A stretch of DNA of 51,339 bases from a virus (taxonomy: Duplodnaviria > Caudoviricetes), in the IMG/VR virus record IMGVR_UViG_3300021197_000064, positions 1 to 51,339 of that record. One strand, given 5' to 3'. Below, in pieces: positions 8,457-18,427 of this stretch (position 1 is the stretch's first letter; every line of letters starts with the position of its first letter). Position numbers and translations under genes: made by a program. Under the pieces are notes generated by a model that saw nothing but the letters and a program-made list of their open reading frames with translations, was not told the DNA's origin and searched no databases.

Positions 8457-10817
8457 TTATTTTTTAGAAGCTAATCCACCACGCTTCATTTTTTTAACTT
8501 TGGGTTTAGGTTTGGATGCTAGACCACCTTGTTTATATCCTCCCGGCCCTTCATCAAAACCCCCACTATATGAATTACCTCCACCTGAAGATTTACTACT
8601 ACCTGATGAACCGCTGCTAGAAGATTTACTACTGCTACTTTTCTCTTCACTTTTTGAGTCTGGTCTATTTCCACCACCAGAATAGTCTTGTCTACCTACA
8701 CCTTTACCTCCCGGTGTTGGAGAACTTTTTAAACTTGCTTCAAGTGCAGCACCTTTTTTAGATACATCATAAGATTCACCTTTATCAGAAGAATCTTTAT
8801 CATCTCCTTTAATAATAGAAGCAGCGGTTACTCTTTCTTCTTCTTTTTTAGCTTCCGCTGCAGCACGTTGTGCTTCACGTGTCTTAGCATCTAACCTTAG
8901 TTTGTTCATTAAATCTTTAGTTCTTTCAGAATTTGCACCAAACTCGTCTATACTTTGTTTAACCTCATTATACTCTTGTCCAGTTACAGTAAATTTACCG
9001 TACTCTGGATTTTGTAGATTTACAGATATTTTATCTACTAAATCTGCAGGTATCATACCGCCAGTAATTAAATTTCCTAACAAACCTTTACCTTCTGTTA
9101 ACGGGTTTATACCATCAAAAGACACTCCATATATGTCTCCTTTAATACCTAAACGTCCACCGCCCGGACCATACATTTCTTCTTCTTTTCTAGCACGTTC
9201 TTCTTGCCGTTCATCTCTGCTGGCATCTGCTCTAACGCTAGTAGTCTGTGGGGTTGTAGGTGTTGTTGTTACCTCTTCCGTTTGTGTAGCCTCTGGGTCT
9301 ACAAATGTAAAGCCTTCTGGAATAGGATAAATAGGTTGTCCAGCTTTAAATGGTATCATGCGAACCATACCAGCTTCATTACGATACTCACGTAATTCAT
9401 CATACTGACCCGGATTTTCTCCTACTAACTGTGTAAAGCTAGGAACTTCTTGCGGTTTATACTGTTGCATTGTAGGCACTGCTGCCTGTTGAGGACGCAT
9501 AGGCTGTACAAACTGTTGTGATGCAGCTTGCGGTATAGGTGCTACACCTGTAGTTGGTGCTGCCGCTTGTTGAAATCCGCTAATACCCATTTGTTGTTGT
9601 TGCTGTGTAGCTGCAGTAGTAGGCTGTACAAAACCACCAATCTGCATTTCTCTAGGCTCGTCATCTAATTCAAGATCATCCAGATTAAATGGAACATCAT
9701 CTGGTATAGTGGCTTCTTCACTATTACCCATCTGACCCATTTCTTCCATCATCTTTAAACCCATCTTAGCTTCTTGTCGCATTTGCATAAGATTGCCAAG
9801 ACCGATATAACGAACTACATCTGCTGGAAAAACAAACTCACCTTCACTTAATTGTGCAGGAATGTCATCACGCACTTCTTCTTGCGTGGAACCGGGAGGT
9901 ACTTCATTACCAGATATAGGGTCTACTGTGCCGCCCTCATCTCGCAAACCGCCTTCTTGAAACATTTCCATTTGTTTTTTCATAGGTACTACTCCACCCT
10001 CTGCTAATCCTAATAATTTTTGTATAGGTTTATACCGTAAAAAAGGTATACCCTCATATTTATTTTCTTCTGCTGGTATATCTATTACACGCTCTAAAGG
10101 AAAATTATTTTGTGTGTCTGGCGGTAAATCTGCACCTGTATCCGCAATAGGTTTACTTTGATTTAAATTTTGATTTCTTCCTTTTAATTCTTCAAAGTAT
10201 GGTTTTTCCGTAAATCTTTTATCTCTAGAATTATCTTTTCTAAAACCTGTTAGTTTTGAGGCACTTTTTAAAAGTTTAGGTTGATTACCTTTATTGTATA
10301 AATTGCTAACAATAGAAGCATACTCATTGTGCCGTAGCCTAGATTTATCTACACCACTATTTTTTAACATCTTATCTATTTCAATATCTATATACTTAGA
10401 TACTATTTGTTCTTCTGCGTCTGGATTATTTATTATGTATCTATGATACTCTGAAGTAGTCATATCTTTTATTTCAGGATTAACTAATGCAGCTTTATCC
10501 TGTTTTATATGATATCTACCAACAGTATTACCTTCAGTTTCTAATCCTAAATTTTGACCGCCGCTGGACTCTTCTCTAATAAGAAGATTTAAAGCTGCTC
10601 TTTTTTGGATTTGCGACAAATCAGCATCTTCAGAAACTTCTGCAGGAAAAGCTGGATTAATATCCTCTGCATTATCTTTTTCTCTACTACGCCTATTAAC
10701 TAACCCTTGAACGACTTTACCACCAGACTTTACAACATCCATATTATCTAATGTATCTAATAATAATTTACGGTCCATTTCTGATGGAGAAATAGGTTTA
10801 GTTATTTGTTTAGCCAT
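8457..10817 (-). CDS. Head-associated/internal virion protein with a GEFV module and possible N-terminal lysozyme-like domain; possible second start at 9983
   Basis: 786 aa between portal and scaffold; DDIPAQLSEGEFVFPADVVRYIGLGNL motif; several xxGG motifs; GGAG-N8-ATG at 9983. Confidence 0.6.
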   Translation of the reverse strand: MAKQITKPISPSEMDRKLLLDTLDNMDVVKSGGKVVQGLVNRRSREKDNAEDINPAFPAEVSEDADLSQIQKRAALNLLIREESSGGQNLGLETEGNTVGRYHIKQDKAALVNPEIKDMTTSEYHRYIINNPDAEEQIVSKYIDIEIDKMLKNSGVDKSRLRHNEYASIVSNLYNKGNQPKLLKSASKLTGFRKDNSRDKRFTEKPYFEELKGRNQNLNQSKPIADTGADLPPDTQNNFPLERVIDIPAEENKYEGIPFLRYKPIQKLLGLAEGGVVPMKKQMEMFQEGGLRDEGGTVDPISGNEVPPGSTQEEVRDDIPAQLSEGEFVFPADVVRYIGLGNLMQMRQEAKMGLKMMEEMGQMGNSEEATIPDDVPFNLDDLELDDEPREMQIGGFVQPTTAATQQQQQMGISGFQQAAAPTTGVAPIPQAASQQFVQPMRPQQAAVPTMQQYKPQEVPSFTQLVGENPGQYDELREYRNEAGMVRMIPFKAGQPIYPIPEGFTFVDPEATQTEEVTTTPTTPQTTSVRADASRDERQEERARKEEEMYGPGGGRLGIKGDIYGVSFDGINPLTEGKGLLGNLITGGMIPADLVDKISVNLQNPEYGKFTVTGQEYNEVKQSIDEFGANSERTKDLMNKLRLDAKTREAQRAAAEAKKEEERVTAASIIKGDDKDSSDKGESYDVSKKGAALEASLKSSPTPGGKGVGRQDYSGGGNRPDSKSEEKSSSSKSSSSGSSGSSKSSGGGNSYSGGFDEGPGGYKQGGLASKPKPKVKKMKRGGLASKK

Positions 10818-11040
10818 TGTTTATTTCATCCCGTAATGATTTTAGTCTACGCAAAGCTAACACAGCCCCCTGACATCTATATACTATAGTAGGATGTTCA
10901 GCTTGTTCCATAGCCACATGTTGATCTTCTATAAGAATATCAATGTAATTATTGAACGCTTCCCACTGGGGGTTGCTGTTGGCCATTGGCTTGAGGCGGC
11001 TGACCACCTGCTTGCGGTGCTTGTACTTGTCCATTTCCAC
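10810..11040 (-). CDS. Small helical protein downstream of portal
   Basis: 76 aa, C-terminal YRCQGAVLALRRLKSLRDE typical of the small post-portal gene in podoviruses. Confidence 0.65.
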   Translation of the reverse strand: MEMDKYKHRKQVVSRLKPMANSNPQWEAFNNYIDILIEDQHVAMEQAEHPTIVYRCQGAVLALRRLKSLRDEINNG

Positions 11041-13093
11041 TAAATCCCTGTTCTCCCGGCACAGGAGCCTGTCCAGTGCCTATTGTGCCGCCACCTGCAC
11101 CTGTAGGGTCTAACGGCCCAGACCCCGCCTGTGGGCCTTGTGGGGGCTGTTCTTGCTGAAACCCTTTCATAATCTCTGCTTGCAGTGCAGCTTCGTTCAT
11201 ATTGTTGGTTACTTTATCGGGGTCTAAGTCCATAGACTTTGCAATCTCACGGATCACATACTGAAACTTAGCAAAAGGTGCTAGTGCTGGATTACTTGCA
11301 ATTTGCAAGAACTGCATTAGGCGTTGACTACGCACTTCGTTAGCCATAAGACTTTCTGTGCCACGTGCTTTAACTTCTAAGTCGCCTTTAATTTCTTTGT
11401 CAAAGTCAAACTGCATATTAAAACGGAAGAAACCTTCTCCCAATGGGCGCAGTAGATAATCATCTACGTTTTTAATAACTGTTTTTGTACCACCTGCAGC
11501 AGCACCCATAAGCATGGAGATACCTGATGCAGTACGACCTACACCCGATATGCCTGTCTGTCCATGTGCAAATGATGGAAAGCCTGTGCTTTCATCTGCA
11601 AGCTGCCTTGCTTTATCAAACAGCATCATGTTTTCGCTAGACACGTTAGGAAACTTAGTTCCAAAGATAGCCTGACCCGGTGCGCCACCCTGCCTACGGA
11701 ATATCTTGCCCGGATACAATGATAAGTCTTGACCCGGCACAAGGTTAGTTTCATCTACTTCTACAACTAAGTTGCCTGACAGTACAGCGTTATCAACAGC
11801 CATACGCATAAAACCATTCATCAAGGTTTGTGTGTCATCCATGTTCTCTGCAATGCCAATACCAAAGAATGAGTATGGGTTCAACTCATACGGTGCAGCA
11901 TGATATGGAATCTTGCTAGGTTTAAACGGATTAAGAACCATACGAATAAGTTTATTATTACATATCCATATGTTTGCCTGTAATTCATCAAAGTCTTGTA
12001 GTTCTTTTGGTATTTCTACACCCTGATCCAAAACCATTTCTGTATCAACCATACCCCAATACTCAAGGACTTCAAAACGGTCAATACCATGTTCAGGTGC
12101 ATAGTCAGATAAATCATCTTCCCAATATTTTTTAGTGTAGTTTTCGCCAATCATAATACATTCGTCAATTACAGCATCACGAAAGTATGGGCGTTTCTTT
12201 AAACTACGCAATTGTGAACGTGACATTTTATGTCTTTGAATTACAAACTGCGCTTCATCCATGTTATTCGCATCAGGGTCTGGATAAAAATCCCAACATG
12301 ATACATGTTCAACTTGTGGAACAGTTTTAAACATTGGATTGTATTCACCATCATCTCCCCAATTAGGATACTCTTTATCTGTAGCAAATGGGCCTTTCAT
12401 TACACCTGTGCCAAACAATGCCATTTCAAAGGCTGCATTACGTAAATGTTTAGATGCTCCCGACTCTTCTAACTGGTCATGTATTTTCTTTTGCATCTTC
12501 TTAGCTGCAATCATAGCAGGGCTAAAGGTAATTGCTGTAGGTGTTTTGCCCGGACCTTCTTTTAATTTATCTTGAATAGGTTCTAGTTTATTTTCAACTA
12601 CACCTAGTTTTTCTTGTAATGACTGTGCTGTTGCCCCTGCAGGAAAGTCCATACCATCTCCAGCAAAACCATACGGGCTAGATAACGCAGTTTCTCCACG
12701 CAGTTGTTCTGGTTCTTTAGGATCAAAACTAACATCTTCCACTACACCCTCTGGTAATTCAGTAGGCTCTACAGATAAAGGAAAACGCTGGTTAGCAAAT
12801 AAAACATCTACAATCTGCCCATAAGCTGCTAGAGTTTTTGTCTTAGTTACTTTAATAAAGATACGAGACTTTTCTGCCTCTGTAAACTGTACATCTGGTC
12901 CATACAAGCCACGGTAGTTACGATATGCTCGTAGCCATCGTTCTTCATCTTGATAACGATAATCTTCTGATCGGGAGTACCTGTCTACAACAAAAGGAAT
13001 AATACCTGATACATCGCTATCTTCAGTGGTAGAATCTTCTGTATCTTCTAATGCAATAGCATCATCCTCTATCATAATTTCATCTTCTGCCAT
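10949..13093 (-). CDS. Portal protein
   Basis: About 714 aa from ATG 13093 (AAAGGA RBS); WLRAYRNYRG, FYPDPDA, PYSFFGIGIAENMDDTQ; follows terminase. Confidence 0.9.
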   Translation of the reverse strand: MAEDEIMIEDDAIALEDTEDSTTEDSDVSGIIPFVVDRYSRSEDYRYQDEERWLRAYRNYRGLYGPDVQFTEAEKSRIFIKVTKTKTLAAYGQIVDVLFANQRFPLSVEPTELPEGVVEDVSFDPKEPEQLRGETALSSPYGFAGDGMDFPAGATAQSLQEKLGVVENKLEPIQDKLKEGPGKTPTAITFSPAMIAAKKMQKKIHDQLEESGASKHLRNAAFEMALFGTGVMKGPFATDKEYPNWGDDGEYNPMFKTVPQVEHVSCWDFYPDPDANNMDEAQFVIQRHKMSRSQLRSLKKRPYFRDAVIDECIMIGENYTKKYWEDDLSDYAPEHGIDRFEVLEYWGMVDTEMVLDQGVEIPKELQDFDELQANIWICNNKLIRMVLNPFKPSKIPYHAAPYELNPYSFFGIGIAENMDDTQTLMNGFMRMAVDNAVLSGNLVVEVDETNLVPGQDLSLYPGKIFRRQGGAPGQAIFGTKFPNVSSENMMLFDKARQLADESTGFPSFAHGQTGISGVGRTASGISMLMGAAAGGTKTVIKNVDDYLLRPLGEGFFRFNMQFDFDKEIKGDLEVKARGTESLMANEVRSQRLMQFLQIASNPALAPFAKFQYVIREIAKSMDLDPDKVTNNMNEAALQAEIMKGFQQEQPPQGPQAGSGPLDPTGAGGGTIGTGQAPVPGEQGFSGNGQVQAPQAGGQPPQANGQQQPPVGSVQ

Positions 13094-13284
13094 TATGCTT
13101 CCTTTGCTCCGACTATAGTGCATTTATAGTCTATAGTTTTCCAATCACCGTCTACAGGTAACTCTTCGTGTAGTGCTTTCATTGCTACGCATTGATACTT
13201 TTCTTCAAACCATTGAATGTCTTGTTTCACACAAGACTGACTATCCATACATGCTATTACTATTAATGACCAAATTATGTTCAT
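13093..13284 (-). CDS. Small Cys-containing hypothetical protein
   Basis: MNIIWSLIVIACMDSQSC..., fills the terminase-portal gap exactly. Confidence 0.55.
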   Translation of the reverse strand: MNIIWSLIVIACMDSQSCVKQDIQWFEEKYQCVAMKALHEELPVDGDWKTIDYKCTIVGAKEA

Positions 13285-13285
13285 G

Positions 13286-14803
13286 CTAATACCCAAACGT
13301 GCTGTCTGCAACAGCCATGTTGTTTCTTGGGCCATGCCCCGTATCAAAGTCAAATATGCTAAACCTTGGTCTGGACATTATACCATACCTTAACGCATCA
13401 TACAAGTGGTCTTCACTATTTGTATCAATGTCTTCTGGATTTTTTTTGTCCAAAGGGATGGCTGGTAGCTGGGAGATAATGTTCGTGCAACTATTAAAGA
13501 AAACAAGTCTAGGCTCCTCTGTAAATTCATCTACTTGTAAACGTCTATGTATTTCATTTTTACCTGCTACACGGCTACCACGACTTCTATCTGATGGTCG
13601 CCACCTGCACCCTCTACTTATCATTTGTTCTGCTAGAGAGGGTCCAGTATCGCCCCGTTTATGCCAAAGTGAACTATCTAATACTCCATACTTAATACTT
13701 CCGTCACCTGCTTCTAAGTCAAGTATCATGTCTGCTAAATCAGTAGCTAATACTTTTGATACATACAATTCTCTGTAAACTATTAGTTGTTCGTCAGGAG
13801 CAACTGCAAACCATACAACACCAGACTTACTGCCGTAACCATAATCACAGGCTCTAAATTTAATCCAATTAGAAGGAATGTCGTAGGGATCAATAACATG
13901 TATATTTCTATCAAACTCTGTAAAGGCTGCGCCTTCTTTAATATCCCAATCACCATCTAATAGTTGCCGCCGCTGTTGCTCTGGCATAGATAAGAGCATT
14001 GCTTCGTAGTCACCCGACTCTGCCAAATAAGGATTGTCAGATAGTCTTGCTGGGATAAACCTCCTTTTGAATAAAGGTCTACCAGCCTTTGCATGTCCTG
14101 CGGGATACCGCAAGACCTCTCCTGTTTCAATATCTGTTGCATCGAATGCTCTGTTATATACTGCAGGGTCGATGAACATTTTCTTGACCCACCCATGACC
14201 TCTACCGCCGGGGTTAGTCGTAGCCCTCATAAAAATTGGCAAGTCTGGTGCAGTGGACCGTAGACGTGACCGCATGTAATTCCATGCATATGGTGTGGCC
14301 CATTGGGTCAACTCGTCAAACCCTATCCAGCTAAACGCCAGACCCTGATAACGCAAGACATCATCATCTCTATCCAGATACGACATCCACAACCTTGCGC
14401 CAGATGGTGCAGTCCACTGCATCTTTCTTTCTGACCACTTAATACCGGGCCAGATTTTTGGGTACAACTCCTGCGATTTAAATACAAGTTCTCTTAGTTC
14501 TTCTGTTGTATGTCGCAAAAGCAATCCACTAAATGCAGGATGCCCCATGTAACGTAGTGGGTCTGACAGCATGGCATAACTTTTACCACCACCAGCACTG
14601 CCCCCATATAATACTTCACGTTCTGCAGCAGCTAAGAAGTCAGTCTGTGGCCCATCGTTAGGTTTAAATAGTATGTTGGCATGTTCTGCTACAGACGTAT
14701 CATACTCTGTAGCTGCTACTTCTTCTATACTAACCGTTTGTTTTGGCTGCGCCTGTTCTTTCTTCTTGGAGTACCTTCGCTTTGGCGATTGCCGTTTCCG
14801 CAT
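13286..14803 (-). CDS. terL: Terminase large subunit
   Basis: Walker A GGSAGGGKS, Walker B IGFDELT, ATTNPGG, nuclease DYG and DHLYDALRY. Start uncertain (ATG 14803 or 14854). Confidence 0.93.
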   Translation of the reverse strand: MRKRQSPKRRYSKKKEQAQPKQTVSIEEVAATEYDTSVAEHANILFKPNDGPQTDFLAAAEREVLYGGSAGGGKSYAMLSDPLRYMGHPAFSGLLLRHTTEELRELVFKSQELYPKIWPGIKWSERKMQWTAPSGARLWMSYLDRDDDVLRYQGLAFSWIGFDELTQWATPYAWNYMRSRLRSTAPDLPIFMRATTNPGGRGHGWVKKMFIDPAVYNRAFDATDIETGEVLRYPAGHAKAGRPLFKRRFIPARLSDNPYLAESGDYEAMLLSMPEQQRRQLLDGDWDIKEGAAFTEFDRNIHVIDPYDIPSNWIKFRACDYGYGSKSGVVWFAVAPDEQLIVYRELYVSKVLATDLADMILDLEAGDGSIKYGVLDSSLWHKRGDTGPSLAEQMISRGCRWRPSDRSRGSRVAGKNEIHRRLQVDEFTEEPRLVFFNSCTNIISQLPAIPLDKKNPEDIDTNSEDHLYDALRYGIMSRPRFSIFDFDTGHGPRNNMAVADSTFGY

Positions 14804-15134
14804 ATTCTGCCCACTTGAGGAGGCTTTTAGCTTGGTTCTTACGCTGTCGCTCATTCTGTAACCGTTTCCTTAAACCTACGTGAGATATATATCTGCCAGT
14901 ATTTGAACTAAGCCAGTTGGCAACTTCACGATAACTATATTGATTTACATGGCTACGTGCCTTGTCTAGTAAATCTAACTCTGTTGGTATTGGGTCAAGA
15001 ATGTCAGGGTCTTCTTCGTTTTGCTTGTAGCCAAAAGGTACAGTCCTAGCAATGCGAGGTATCTGCACCCACTCGTTTTCTTCTTTAATGTCTGTTGGCT
15101 GTGGCAGTTTCCACTTGCCTATACTTCTACTCAT
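14730..15134 (-). CDS. HTH-like DNA-binding protein upstream of terL
   Basis: VPFGY...YSYREVANWLS...ISHVGLRKR; overlaps the terL 5' end. Confidence 0.65.
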   Translation of the reverse strand: MSRSIGKWKLPQPTDIKEENEWVQIPRIARTVPFGYKQNEEDPDILDPIPTELDLLDKARSHVNQYSYREVANWLSSNTGRYISHVGLRKRLQNERQRKNQAKSLLKWAEYAETAIAKAKVLQEERTGAAKTNG

Positions 15135-15501
15135 CGTCTTCCACAACAGCTTTAGGTGGCATAAGCATAACACCGCCTGATGCTTCTACTTGCATCTTCT
15201 CAGTTTTTACTAAACCTGTACGGTCAAGCAGTTCTTTTGCAGCAGACATCTTATCACGTATGCCCAACTCTGTCGGGTCCATCAAAGCACCTGCCATAGC
15301 CACTGCAGCCTGTGGAGCATTACGTGCCATGTATAGTTGTGTGGCTTCTAGTATCTCTTCTTTTAATCCTTTAACAATTTCAGATGTAGAAGTGCTGTCA
15401 GAGTATCCTGCAATCTTTTTAGCTAAGATTACGCTACCTCCCGCTTCATCAAAAAGCGTGTTTAAAAATACTTGTTGTTTTGCTGTTAGTTGTCTAGCCA
15501 C
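15127..15501 (-). CDS. Putative terminase small subunit
   Basis: GTG start with GGAG RBS; LTAKQQVF...AKKIAGYS helix-turn-helix; AAKELLDRTG. Confidence 0.6.
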   Translation of the reverse strand: MARQLTAKQQVFLNTLFDEAGGSVILAKKIAGYSDSTSTSEIVKGLKEEILEATQLYMARNAPQAAVAMAGALMDPTELGIRDKMSAAKELLDRTGLVKTEKMQVEASGGVMLMPPKAVVEDDE

Positions 15502-15985
15502 TAAACTCTCCATGATGCATGGCATGGGCTAACTTCGTACTTCGTGATTTTACCTGAACTGCCCACCTGCTGTCAAGCATTTCTTTTGCTGCGTTGTGGT
15601 AGTCTTCACCTTCAATAGCCGACCACATTTTTTTAAATTTACAAAGTCTTGGAACACCCATATTAAATGCCATGTCCATGACTACAAGTTGACGTACAGC
15701 GTCTAGCTTGTTAACGCAAGGGTGCGCCCGAACAAGTTCTTCCTCAACGATCTGTACGTCATTCCCTGCTAGATACATAGCATCAGCTTCAGTAATACCC
15801 ATTGTATGAACAATTGCCATATTAGGTATATCCATCCACTCTAGTTCTGCTGGTGTGATACCACGATCTTCTAGGTTACGTCCAATACCAATGGTATCAA
15901 TTCCTAGTGAATCTTTATAAACTTCAAGGCGTAGACCTTCGTGTTTAATTAGTTTTTCAATAAAGTCTTCTCTACGATATTTCAT
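15494..15985 (-). CDS. Endolysin, GH24 (T4-type) lysozyme
   Basis: HEGLRLEVYKDSLGIDTIGIGRNL (E-x8-D-x5-T), MAFNMG, EMLDSRWA.Q. Confidence 0.9.
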   Translation of the reverse strand: MKYRREDFIEKLIKHEGLRLEVYKDSLGIDTIGIGRNLEDRGITPAELEWMDIPNMAIVHTMGITEADAMYLAGNDVQIVEEELVRAHPCVNKLDAVRQLVVMDMAFNMGVPRLCKFKKMWSAIEGEDYHNAAKEMLDSRWAVQVKSRSTKLAHAMHHGEFSG

Positions 15986-16185
15986 TTCTCATGCCCCATC
16001 CACACCGCAAATGCACCTGTCATGGCCCCCGTGACTACACTCACTAGTGCTGCTTGCTGACTTGTTGGGTCTTCTAGTGTCATAAACCACTCCACTACCC
16101 GCCAAGCGGATAAGGACATCCCAAGCATCATCAGACGTGGTAGTATCTTCCACTTTAACAATCTTTCCATAGTTACTTCTGCCAC
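15982..16185 (-). CDS. Small two-TM membrane protein (holin-like)
   Basis: Two hydrophobic helices; ATGA overlap with the lysozyme gene. Confidence 0.6.
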   Translation of the reverse strand: MAEVTMERLLKWKILPRLMMLGMSLSAWRVVEWFMTLEDPTSQQAALVSVVTGAMTGAFAVWMGHEK

Positions 16186-16239
16186 GATTTTTCCTCGCTT
16201 GTTCTTCCGTTGTTTGCTCGTGCATACTCCACATCGGCA

Positions 16240-16629
16240 CTAGGACTTCCCTTTTCCGAATAACCTAGTAGCACTGCGAACACCAAAGCTGGCGGCAACA
16301 ATAACACCAAGACTGTACTGATACCATTCAGGCATGGCTTGAAGTTGTGCAAATCCGTTTGCAACTACTTCTTCCATACCCGGAACGAACGCAAGTATGA
16401 GAGGGATGCTGAACAGAATTGTAAGCCACTCGTCTTTCCACGATGAGGAAGAGCCTTTAGCCATTTCCAAATCCCAATCAAGTTCGCCTGTAGCTTTCTT
16501 TTCCATGATTGTAGCTTCAGCTTTAGCCCGTGCAACTTTTGCACCAGTTTCTGCTTTAGACTTTTCAACTTTTCCATTTAACCAAGTTCCTGCTAAATCT
16601 GCTATAGGTCCAATTAATAAGTTTAACAT
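16240..16629 (-). CDS. Holin (3TM/GTA-holin-like)
   Basis: SSWKDEWLTILFSIPLILAF...PEWYQYSLGVIVAASFGVR; lies in the lysis cassette. Confidence 0.7.
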   Translation of the reverse strand: MLNLLIGPIADLAGTWLNGKVEKSKAETGAKVARAKAEATIMEKKATGELDWDLEMAKGSSSSWKDEWLTILFSIPLILAFVPGMEEVVANGFAQLQAMPEWYQYSLGVIVAASFGVRSATRLFGKGKS

Positions 16630-16871
16630 TATGCACCTCTTCTAAACTTTGCGGTTTTCTTTGCAATGTTTTTAGGTTGTTTAACAAACTGCTTACCCGC
16701 AGCCTTACCTTTTCTTTTTGCCTTAGTTGTAGCAGCATATTCACTACTTGTCAAGGACTTTATTGCTGCAGCAGGTAAGTAACGCTCTCCTGTCTTTGCA
16801 GAGGGCTTACCCGATTTAGTGCGCCACTTCTGGCTAGTCCAGTCTTTTAAACTTTTTTGTGGTGCTTTCAT
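16629..16871 (-). CDS. Small basic protein
   Basis: QKSLKDWTSQKWRTKSGKPSAKTGERYLP, Lys-rich; coupled to both neighbours. Confidence 0.7.
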   Translation of the reverse strand: MKAPQKSLKDWTSQKWRTKSGKPSAKTGERYLPAAAIKSLTSSEYAATTKAKRKGKAAGKQFVKQPKNIAKKTAKFRRGA

Positions 16872-17563
16872 TACTTTCTTGACTTCTCTATAGCTTTAAA
16901 TGTTTCATGTAAACTAAGCGGCTTTTCGTTTTTTGGGTCATACTTACACTGTATTTCTTTTGGGAAGTATTCATGTAAATTTATCCAGACGCTATCTACT
17001 GTATTGTTAGCACCATGATATATACATAGTCTTTCCCCATCTATGGTCTGGCATCCTTGTAGTCTACACACTACATACTCTGGTGATGCATTAGCAGCCA
17101 AACCTTTGAGAAATGATATAAATCCATACAGTACGCCTGAAGCAAGCAGCACCATTAATATCCATGCCACAATTTCAACAAACTTACGCCTACGTTGCCT
17201 TTGTTTGTATAAGGTTTCTTGGCGTTGCTTACGGATGGACCCTTCCATACGGACAAGTTCATCCCATTTAGACCTACCCATAGTCATGCCAATCCATTGC
17301 TGCAACTCATATCTTTGTTGTTGAGCCTTTTGCTTTGCAGCAAATGTTTCTATGGCCTCTTGTTCTACAGACTTACCAGCAAATAACTTCTTAAAGATAG
17401 GCGGGTTCTTGGCTTCCTTCTCAAGCATGTCCAAGTCGGACATTGCACCCATCCAGCGTGACAAGTCAGAAGCCATTGACTCAATATCACGGCCTATTTG
17501 GAAGCCTTTCTTAATAGCACCAAACGCTGCTGATGCTGTTGCCATTGCACTAATCGGGTCCAT
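16871..17563 (-). CDS. Membrane-anchored protein with C-terminal Cys-rich domain
   Basis: MDPISAMATASAAF helical N-domain, TM segment, CRLQGC...CIY...IQC. Confidence 0.65.
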   Translation of the reverse strand: MDPISAMATASAAFGAIKKGFQIGRDIESMASDLSRWMGAMSDLDMLEKEAKNPPIFKKLFAGKSVEQEAIETFAAKQKAQQQRYELQQWIGMTMGRSKWDELVRMEGSIRKQRQETLYKQRQRRRKFVEIVAWILMVLLASGVLYGFISFLKGLAANASPEYVVCRLQGCQTIDGERLCIYHGANNTVDSVWINLHEYFPKEIQCKYDPKNEKPLSLHETFKAIEKSRK

Positions 17564-17754
17564 TAATATACCTTTACATTTCCTTCTGTTATAAATTTAG
17601 GTACGCAGTAGGAGGTGATAAGATTACCCTGTTTGTGTAACGTCTGTGCATACCAAACGCATTCTCGTAGGTCTTTGAAGTGCATGTCACTGCTTACTAG
17701 CTTCTTGTCATCCCCTACACCGACAAATACGAATAGGAGAAAAACGTGTAACAT
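17563..17754 (-). CDS. Small hypothetical protein
   Basis: Hydrophobic N-terminus, two Cys; coupled to neighbours. Confidence 0.55.
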   Translation of the reverse strand: MLHVFLLFVFVGVGDDKKLVSSDMHFKDLRECVWYAQTLHKQGNLITSYCVPKFITEGNVKVY

Positions 17755-18006
17755 CTAACCTCTGTAACCTCCTCCTGCTTTTTTGTATGCAGACGCAAGC
17801 ATCTGGGCTTTTCTCGCCGACCACTGACCGGGTGCGCCGCCCTTACCGCCAGCCTTAATGCGATTAAACTGTTGCTTTCTCATTCCGGGCTTAGTGTAGT
17901 TGCCAGCTTCATTAACTCTACTCTTGCTCTTCGGCGCACCGCCTTTCGCAAGGCTAACCTTTCTAGCTGGCCTCTTTTTCGCTTTTGCTTTTGCAATCTT
18001 CGCCAT
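17755..18006 (-). CDS. Small basic protein
   Basis: GNYTKPGMRK...GGKGGAPGQWSARKAQMLASAYKKAGGGY; GAGG RBS. Confidence 0.7.
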   Translation of the reverse strand: MAKIAKAKAKKRPARKVSLAKGGAPKSKSRVNEAGNYTKPGMRKQQFNRIKAGGKGGAPGQWSARKAQMLASAYKKAGGGYRG

Positions 18007-18064
18007 CGTGATAATCTCGCCTCTTTGTGTTGTGAAGAAATGTCCATAGATGCTGCCCTCTATA

Positions 18065-18427
18065 TTAGGCTGCTTCTCTACTACTCCAGTAAATAGTTCC
18101 GTAGTCGTGTAGTATTTCTTGTCCTTTGGCTATGTTTTGAAGTGCGTAGAACCTAATAAAGTTATCGTCTTCTTCATTTACATCCCACTCTGCATTAGGA
18201 GTTTCGCTGTGATTGTATATCATAGCCAATCCTAATGGAATGCAGTACAAATTATCCTCCCCTTCATAGGGAGAATAAAACATGTAGTCGTGAAGAACAC
18301 ACTCATTGCCTATATCGTTTTCACTAGAAACCAGATAAGGACATAACTCTATAGTATCACCTACAGAATAGTCCTTATCTGCAAAAACTCCTAGACCGTG
18401 TATTTTAGATTTAGCTACGTAAGGCAA
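18065..18427 (-). CDS. SET-domain protein lysine methyltransferase
   Basis: SKIHGLGVFA (motif I), YNHSETPNA (NHS motif), IAKGQEILHDYG..YW (ELxxDY). TTG start immediately after the upstream TAA. Confidence 0.88.
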   Translation of the reverse strand: MPYVAKSKIHGLGVFADKDYSVGDTIELCPYLVSSENDIGNECVLHDYMFYSPYEGEDNLYCIPLGLAMIYNHSETPNAEWDVNEEDDNFIRFYALQNIAKGQEILHDYGTIYWSSREAA

